DNA of 64,000 bases. Source: Auanema rhodensis (lineage: Eukaryota > Animalia > Nematoda). The notes under the pieces are model-generated. The model did no database searches and was not told where the DNA came from. It saw nothing but the letters and a program-made list of their open reading frames with translations. Numbering within the stretch: the first letter of the stretch is position 1; each line of letters begins with the position of its first letter. The translations under genes were made by a program, and so were the position numbers. Below, piece by piece: positions 54,901-64,000 of the stretch. The stretch lies in the NCBI GenBank assembly GCA_964057225.1, contig OZ059900.1, forward strand, positions 22,258,001 through 22,322,000. The letters are read 5' to 3'.

Positions 54901-57900
54901 ATATGAGTCGTCAAATGCAACGAATTTCAGCGTGTTACATACTAAAATGAAGCATTTTACATGCTGAACACTAGAAAAATACAAAAACACAGTATTTCCC
55001 ATGAGAAATATTTTATTATGCTGGAAAACCAGTTTTTGGAAATTTCGCTGTAAACAAGGTTTTGACTTACGATTTCATGTGTTCAAACTCATGCAATGTC
55101 AATGAAACCTAGCTCAAAATTGTTCGTACAACGTCTAGTTCCACTTTCACGACAAAAAAACAGGGGTTAGAAAATTAAGGAAATTAGCATATTCTGAGGG
55201 CACGCCCCTTATGGCTAATATTGATTAAATCGATTTTTGTTCATATGAGTCGTCAAATGCAACGAATTTCATCGTGTTACATACTAAAATGAAGCATTTT
55301 ACATGCTGAACACTAGAAAAATACAAAAACACAGTATTTCCCATGAGAAATATTTTATTATGCTGGAAAACCAGGTTTTGGAAATTTCGCTGTAAACAAG
55401 GTTTTGACTTACGATTTCATGTGTTCAAACTCATGCAATGTCAATGAAACCTAGCTCAAAATTGTTCGTACAACGTCTAGTTCCACTTTCACGACAAAAA
55501 AACAGGGGTTAGAAAATTTAGGAAATTAGCATATTCTGAGGGCACGCCCCTTATGGCTAATATTGATTAAATCGATTTTTGTTCATATGAGTCGTCAAAT
55601 GCAACGAATTTCAGCGTGTTACATACTAAAATGAAGTATTTTACATGCTGAACACTAGAAAAATACAAAAACACAGTATTTCCCATGAGAAATATTTTAT
55701 TATGCTGGAAAACCAGTTTTTGGAAATTTCGCTGTAAACAAGGTTTTGACTTACGATTTCATGTGTTTAAACTCATGCAATGTCAATGAAACCTAGCTCA
55801 AAATTGTTCCTACAACGTCTAGTTCCACTTTCACGACAAAAAACAGGGGTTAGAAAATTAAGGAAATTAGCATATTCTGAGGGCACGCCCCTTATGGCTA
55901 ATATTGATTAAATCGATTTTTGTTCATATGAGTCGTCAAATGCAACGAATTTCAGCGTGTTACATACTAAAATGAAGCATTTTACATGCTGAACACTAGA
56001 AAAATACAAAAACACAGTAATACCCATGAGAAATATTTTATTATGCTGGAAAACCAGTTTTTGGAAATTTCGCTGTAAACAAGGTTTTGACTTACGATTT
56101 CATGTGTTCAAACTCATGCAATGTCAATGAAACCTAGCTCAAAATTGTTAATACAATGTCTAGTTCCACTTTCACGACAAAAAAACAGGGGTTAGAAAAT
56201 TAAGGAAATTAGCATATTCTGAGGGCACGCCCTTTATGGCTAATATTGATTAAATCGATTTTTGTTCATATGAGTCGTCAAATGCAACGAATTTCAGCGT
56301 GTTACATACTAAAATGAAGCATTTTACATGCTGAACACTAGAAAAATACAAAAACACAGTATTTCTCATGAAAAATATTTTATTATGCTGGAAAACCAGT
56401 TTTTGGAAATTTCGCTGTAAACAAGGTTTTGACTTACGATTTCATGTGTTCAAACTCATGCAATGTCAATGAAACCTAGCTCAAAATTGTTTGTACAACG
56501 TCTAGTTCCACTTTCACGACAAAAAAACAGGGGTTAGAAAATTAAGGAAATTAGCATATTCTGAGGGCACGCCCCTTATGGCTAATATTGATTAAATCGA
56601 TTTTTGTTCATATGAGTAGTCAAATGCAACGAATTTCAGCGTGTTACAAACTGAAATGAAGCATTTTACATGCTGAACACTAGAAAAATACAAAAACACA
56701 GTATTTCCCATGAGAAATATTTTATTATGCTGGAAAACCAGTTTTTGGAATTTTCGCTGTAAACAAGGTTTTGACTTACGATTTCATGTGTTCAAACTCA
56801 TGCAATGTCAATGAAACCTAGCTCAAAATTGTTCGTACAACGTCTAGTTCCACTTTCACGACAAAAAAACAGGGGTTAGAAAATTAAGGAAATTAGCATA
56901 TTCTGAGGGCACGCCCCTTATGGCTAATATTGATTAAATCGATTTTTGTTCATATGAGTCGTCAAATGCAACGAATTTCAGCGTGTTACATACTAAAATG
57001 AAGCATTTTACATGCTGAACACTAGAAAAATACAAAAACACAGTATTTCCCATGAGAAATATTTTATTATGCTGGAAAACCAGTTTTTGGAAATTTCGCT
57101 GTAAACAAGGTTTTGACTTACGATTTCATGTGTTCAAACTCATGCAATGTCAATGAAACCTAGCTCAAAATTGTTCGTACAACGTCTAGTTCCACTTTCA
57201 CGACAAAAAAACAGGGGTTAGAAAATTAAGGAAATTAGCATATTCTGAGGGCACGCCCCTTATGGCTAATATTGATTAAATCGATTTTTGTTCATATGAG
57301 TCGTCAAATGCAACGAATTTCATCGTGTTACATACTAAAATGAAGCATTTTACATGCTGAACACTAGAAAAATACAAAAACACAGTATTTCCCATGAGAA
57401 ATATTTTATTATGCTGGAAAACCAGGTTTTGGAAATTTCGCTGTAAACAAGGTTTTGACTTACGATTTCATGTGTTCAAACTCATGCAATGTCAATGAAA
57501 CCTAGCTCAAAATTGTTCGTACAACGTCTAGTTCCACTTTCACGACAAAAAAACAGGGGTTAGAAAATTTAGGAAATTAGCATATTCTGAGGGCACGCCC
57601 CTTATGGCTAATATTGATTAAATCGATTTTTGTTCATATGAGTCGTCAAATGCAACGAATTTCAGCGTGTTACATACTAAAATGAAGTATTTTACATGCT
57701 GAACACTAGAAAAATACAAAAACACAGTATTTCCCATGAGAAATATTTTATTATGCTGGAAAACCAGTTTTTGGAAATTTCGCTGTAAACAAGGTTTTGA
57801 CTTACGATTTCATGTGTTCAAACTCATGCAATGTCAATGAAACCTAGCTCAAAATTGTTCCTACAACGTCTAGTTCCACTTTCACGACAAAAAACAGGGG

Positions 57901-58760
57901 TTAGAAAATTAAGGAAATTAGCATATTCTGAGGGCACGCCCCTTATGGCTAATATTGATTAAATCGATTTTTGTTCATATGAGTCGTCAAATGCAACGAA
58001 TTTCAGCGTGTTACATACTAAAATGAAGCATTTTACATGCTGAACACTAGAAAAATACAAAAACACAGTATTTCCCATGAGAAATATTTTATTATGCTGG
58101 AAAACCAGTTTTTGGAAATTTCGCTGTAAACAAGGTTTTGACTTACGATTTCATGTGTTCAAACTCATGCAATGTCAATGAAACCTAGCTCAAAATTGTT
58201 CCTACAACGTCTAGTTCCACTTTCACGACAAAAAAACAGGGGTTAGAAAATTAAGGAAATTAGCATATTCTGAGGGCACGCCCCTTATGGCTAATATTGA
58301 TTAAATCGATTTTTGTTCATATGAGTCGTCAAATGCAACGAATTTCAGCGTGTTACATACTAAAATGAAGCATTTTACATGCTGAACACTAGAAAAATAC
58401 AAAAACACAGTAATACCCATGAGAAATATTTTATTATGCTGGAAAACCAGTTTTTGGAAATTTCGCTGTAAACAAGGTTTTGACTTACGATTTCATGTGT
58501 TCAAACTCATGCAATGTCAATGAAACCTAGCTCAAAATTGTTAATACAATGTCTAGTTCCACTTTCACGACAAAAAAACAGGGGTTAGAAAATTAAGGAA
58601 ATTAGCATATTCAGAGGGCACGCCCTTTATGGCTAATATTGATTAAATCGATTTTTGTTCATATGAGTCGTCAAATGCAACGAATTTCAGCGTGTTACAT
58701 ACTAAAATGAAGCATTTTACATGCTGAACACTATAAAAATACAAAAACACAGTATTTCCC
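52000..58760 (+). repeat. 7-/6-monomer HOR domain, about three copies
   Basis: ACCAGGTT at 52982, 55375 and 57426 (spacings 2393, 2051); GTAATACCC at 53969, 56020 and 58413 (spacings 2051, 2393). Confidence 0.8.
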
Positions 58761-61700
58761 ATGAGAAATATTTTATTATGCTGGAAAACCAGTTTTTGGA
58801 AATTTCGCTGTAAACAAGGTTTTGACTTACGATTTCATGTGTTCAAACTCATGCAATGTCAATGAAACCTAGCTCAAAATTGTTCCTACAACGTCTAGTT
58901 CCACTTTCACGACAAAAAAAACAGGGGTTAGAAAATTAAGGAAATTAGCATATTCTGAGGGCACGCCCCTTATGGCTAATATTGATTAAATCGATTTTTG
59001 TTCATATGAGTCGTCAAATGCAACGAATTTCAGCGTGTTACATACTAAAATGAAGCATTTTACATGCTGAACACTAGAAAAATACAAAAACACAGTATTT
59101 CCCATGAGAAATATTTTATTATGCTGGAAAACCAGTTTTTGGAAATTTCGCTGTAAACAAGGTTTTGACTCACGATTTCATGTGTTCAAACTCATGCAAT
59201 GTCAATGAAACCTAGCTCAAAATTGTTCCTACAACGTCTAGTTCCACTTTCACGACAAAAAAACAGGGGTTAGAAAATTAAGGAAATTAGCTTATTCTGA
59301 GGGCACGCCCCTTATGGCTAATATTGATTAAATCGATTTTTGTTCATATGAGTCGTCAAATGCAACGAATTTCAGCGTGTTACATACTAAAATGAAGCAT
59401 TTCACATGCTGAACACTAGAAAAATACAAAAACACAGTATTTCCCATGAGAAATATTTTATTATGCTGGAAAACCAGTTTTTGGAAATTTCGCTGTAAAC
59501 AAGTTTTTGACTTACGATTTCATGTGTTCAAACTCATGCAATGTCAATGAAACCTAGCTCAAAATTGTTCCTACAACGTCTAGTTCCACTTTCACGACAA
59601 AAAAACAGGGGTTAGAAAATTAAGGAAATTAGCATATTCTGAGGGCACGCCTCTTATGGCTAATATTGATTAAATCGATTTTTGTTCATATGAGTCGTCA
59701 AATGCAACGAATTTCAGCGTGTTACATACTAAAATGAAGCATTTTACATGCTGAACACTATAAAAATACAAAAACACAGTATTTCCCATGAGAAATATTT
59801 TATTATGCTGGAAAACCAGTTTTTGGAAATTTCGCTGTAAACAAGGTTTTGACTTACGATTTCATGTGTTCAAACTCATGCAATGTCAATGAAACCTAGC
59901 TCAAAATTGTTCCTACAACGTCTAGTTCCACTTTCACGACAAAAAAACAGGGGTTAGAAAATTAAGGAAATTAGCATATTCTGAGGGCACGCCCCTTATG
60001 GCTAATATTGATTAAATCGATTTTTGTTCATATGAGTCGTCAAATGCAACGAATTTCAGCGTGTTACATACTAAAATGAAGCATTTTACATGCTGAACAC
60101 TATAAAAATACAAAAACACAGTAATTCCCATGAGAAATATTTTATTATGCTGGAAAACCAGTTTTTGGAAAGTTCGCTGTAAACAAGGTTTTGACTTACG
60201 ATTTCATGTGTTCAAACTCATGCAATGTCAATGAAACCTAGCTCAAAATTGTTCCTACAACGTCTAGTTCCACTTTCACGACAAAAAACAGGGGTTAGAA
60301 AATTAAGGAAATTAGCATATTCTGAGGGCACGCCCCTTATGGCTAATATTGATTAAATCGATTTTTGTTCATATGAGTCGTCAAATGCAACGAATTTCAG
60401 CGTGTTACATACTAAAATGAAGCATTTCACATGCTGAACACTAGAAAAATACAAAAACACAGTATTTCCCATGAGAAATATTTTATTATGCTGGAAAACC
60501 AGTTTTTGGAAATTTCGCTGAAAACAAGTTTTTGACTTACGATTTAATGTGTTCAAACTCATGCAATGTCAATGAAACCTAGCTCAAAATTGTTTGTACA
60601 ACGTCTAGTTTCACTTTCACGACAAAAAAACAGGGGTTAGAAAATTAAGGAAATTAGCATATTCTGAGGGCACGCCCCTTATGGCTAATATTGATTAAAT
60701 CGATTTTTGTTCATATGAGTAGTCAAATGCAACGAATTTCAGCGTGTTACATACTAAAATGAACCATTTTACATGCTGAACACTAGAAAAATACGAAAAC
60801 ACAGTATTTCCCATGAGAAATATTTTATTATGCTGGAAAACCAGTTTTTGGAAATTTCGCTGTAAACAAGGTTTTGACTTACGATTTCATGTGTTCAAAC
60901 TCATGCAATGTCAATGAAACCTAGCTCAAAATTGTTCCTACAACGTCTAGTTCCACTTTCACGACAAAAAAACAGGGGTTAGAAAATTAAGGAAATTAGC
61001 ATATTCTGAGGGCACGCCCCTTATGGCTAATATTGATTAAATCGATTTTTGTTCATATGAGTCGTCAAATGCAACGAATTTCAGCGTGTTACATACTAAA
61101 ATGAAGCATTTTACATGCTGAACACTAGAAAAATACAAAAACACAGTATTTCTCATGAGAAATATTTTATTATGCTGGAAAACCAGTTTTTGGAAATTTC
61201 GCTGTAAACAAGGTTTTGACTTACGATTTCATGTGTTCAAACTCATGCAATGTCAATGAAACCTAGCTCAAAATTGTTTGTACAACGTCTAGTTCCACTT
61301 TCACGACAAAAAAACAGGGGTTAGAAAATTAAGGAAATTAGCATATTCTGAGGGCACGCCCCTTATGGCTAATATTGATTAAATCGATTTTTGTTCATAT
61401 GAGTCGTCAAATGCAACGAATTTCAGCGTGTTACATACTAAAATGAAGCATTTTACATGCTGAACACTAGAAAAATACAAAAACACAGTATTTCCCATGA
61501 GAAATATTTTATTATGCTGGAAAACCAGTTTTTGGAAATTTCGCTGTAAACAAGGTTTTGACTTACGATTTCATGTGTTCAAACTCATGCAATGTCAATG
61601 AAACCTAGCTCAAAATTGTTTGTACAACGTCTAGTTCCACTTTCACGACAAAAAAACAGGGGTTAGAAAATTAATGAAATTAGCATATTCTGAGGGCACG

Positions 61701-64000
61701 CCCCTTATGGCTAATATTGATTAAATCGATTTTTGTTCATATGAGTCGTCAAATGCAACGAATTTCATCGTGTTACATACTAAAATGAAGCATTTTACAT
61801 GCTGAACACTAGAAAAATACAAAAACACAGTATTTCTCATGAGAAATATTTTATTATGCTGGAAAACCAGTTTTTGGAAATTTCGCTGTAAACAAGGTTT
61901 TGACTTACGATTTCATGTGTTCAAACTCATGCAATGTCAATGAAACCTAGCTCAAAATTGTTTGTACAACGTTTAGTTCCACTTTCACGACAAAAAAACA
62001 GGGGTTAGAAAATTAAGCAAATTAGCATATTCTGAGGGCACGCCCCTTATGGCTAATATTGATTAAATCGATTTTTGTTCATATGAGTAGTCAAATGCAA
62101 CGAATTTCAGCGTGTTACATACTAAAATGAAGCATTTTACATGCTGAACACTAGAAAAATACAAAAACACAGTATTTCCCATGAGAAATATTTTATTATG
62201 CTGGAAAACCAGTTTTTGGAATTTTCGCTGTAAACAAGGTTTTGACTTACGATTTCATGTGTTCAAACTCATGCAATGTCCATGAAACCTAGCTCAAAAT
62301 TGTTCGTACAACGTCTAGTTCCACTTTCACGACAAAAAAACAGGGGTTAGAAAATTAAGGAAATTAGCATATTCTGAGGGCACGCCCCTTATGGCTAATA
62401 TTGATTAAATCGATTTTTGTTCATATGAGTCGTCAAATGCAACGAATTTCAGCGTGTTACATACTAAAATGAAGCATTTCACATGCTGAACACTAGAAAA
62501 ATACAAAAACACAGTATTTCCCATGAGAAATATTTTATTATGCTGGAAAACCAGTTTTTGGAAATTTCGCTGTAAACAAGGTTTTGACTTACGATTTCAT
62601 GTGTTCAAACTCATGCAATGTCAATGAAACCTAGCTCAAAATTGTTCCTACAACGTCTAGTTCCACTTTCACGACAAAAAAACAGGGGTTAGAAAATTAA
62701 GGAAATTAGCATATTCTGAGGGCACGCCCCTTATGGCTAATATTGATTAAATCGATTTTTGTTCATATGAGTCGTCAAATGCAACGAATTTCAGCGTGTT
62801 ACATACTAAAATGAAGTATTTTACATGCTGAACACTAGAAAAATACAAAAACACAGTATTTCCCATGAGAAATATTTTATTATGCTGGAAAACCAGTTTT
62901 TGGAATTTTCGCTGTAAACAAGGTTTTGACTTACGATTTCATGTGTTCAAACTCATGCAATGTCAATGAAACCTAGCTCAAAATTGTTTGTACAACGTCT
63001 AGTTCCACTTTCACGACAAAAAAACAGGGGTTAGAAAATTAAGGAAATTAGCATATTCTGAGAGCACGCCCCTTATGGCTAATATTGATTAAATCGATTT
63101 TTGTTCATATGAGTAGTCAAATGCAACGAATTTCAGCGTGTTACATACTAAAATGAAGCATTTTACATGCTGAACACTAGAAAAATACAAAAACACAGTA
63201 TTTCCCATGAGAAATATTTTATTATGCTGGAAAACCAGTTTTTGGAATTTTCGCTGTAAACAAGGTTTTGACTTACGATTTCATGTGTTCAAACTCATGC
63301 AATGTCAATGAAACCTAGCTCAAAATTGTTCGTACAACGTCTAGTTCCACTTTCACGACAAAAAAACAGGGGTTAGAAAATTAAGGAAATTAGCATATTC
63401 TGAGGGCACGCCCCTTATGGCTAATATTGATTAAATCGATTTTTGTTCATATGAGTCGTCAAATGCAAGGAATTTCAGCGTGTTACATACTAAAATGAAG
63501 CATTTTACATGCTGAACACTAGAAAAATACAAAAACACAGTATTTCCCATGAGAAATATTTTATTATGCTGGAAAACCAGTTTTTGGAAATTTCGCTGTA
63601 AACAAGGTTTTGACTTACGATTTCATGTGTTCAAACTCATGCAATGTCAATGAAACCTAGCTCAAAATTGTTCCTACAACGTCTAGTTCCACTTTCACGA
63701 CAAAAAAACAGGGGTTAGAAAATTAAGGAAATTAGCATATTCTGAGGGCACGCCCCTTATGGCTAATATTGATTAAATCGATTTTTGTTTATATGAGTCG
63801 TCAAATGCAACGAATTTCAGCGTGTTACATACTAAAATGGAGCATTTTACATGCTGAACACTAGAAAAATACAAAAACACAGTATTTCTCATGAGAAATA
63901 TTTTATTATGCTGGAAAACCAGTTTTTGGAAATTTCGCTGTAAACAAGGTTTTGACTTACGATTTCATGTGTTCAAACTCATGCAATGTCAATGAAACCT

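Larger units (their letters stand above)
1..64000 (+). repeat. Tandem satellite DNA array, 342-bp AT-rich monomer (~187 monomer-equivalents), continuing past both window edges
   Basis: Landmarks recur every 342 bp (CATATTCTGAGGGC at 4021 and 4363; TGTGTTCAAA at 1141 and 1483). A hand count of the consensus gives 116/342 G+C (~34%). No unique non-satellite sequence was seen anywhere. Confidence 0.99.

Noticed and set aside
60353-60562. 69-aa ORF (-)
   Set aside because: It is created by singleton substitutions (~60521-60546) in one monomer and shows no recognisable protein features.
1-64000. CRISPR array or other prokaryotic repeat system
   Set aside because: There are no unique spacers: whole 342-bp units are near-identical, and no cas or other genes are present.

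Overview
The whole 64-kb window is one eukaryotic-type satellite DNA array. It holds about 187 monomer-equivalents of a 342-bp, ~34% GC unit, with copies differing by only a few substitutions. There are no credible genes, RNA genes, transposons or CRISPR arrays, and I do not recognise the satellite family. The array has internal structure. (1) Bases 1-23.4 kb carry 13 copies of one complex inversion cassette with shared junctions: 9 long (422 bp) and 4 short (80 bp), differing by exactly one monomer. Each creates a fold-back inverted repeat with a 53-nt spacer, and the cassette has been amplified as part of a higher-order repeat (HOR) with period 342n+17. (2) From 23.4 kb onward the array is strictly head-to-tail and divided into domains with different SNP-defined HORs (2-, 3-, 4/5-, 5-, 6/7- and 9-mers). 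(3) The two outer domains share variant monomers that the 26-44 kb domain largely lacks. All positions and counts were read by eye and should be confirmed computationally. Functional interpretations (hairpin RNA, cruciform, centromere) are inference only.
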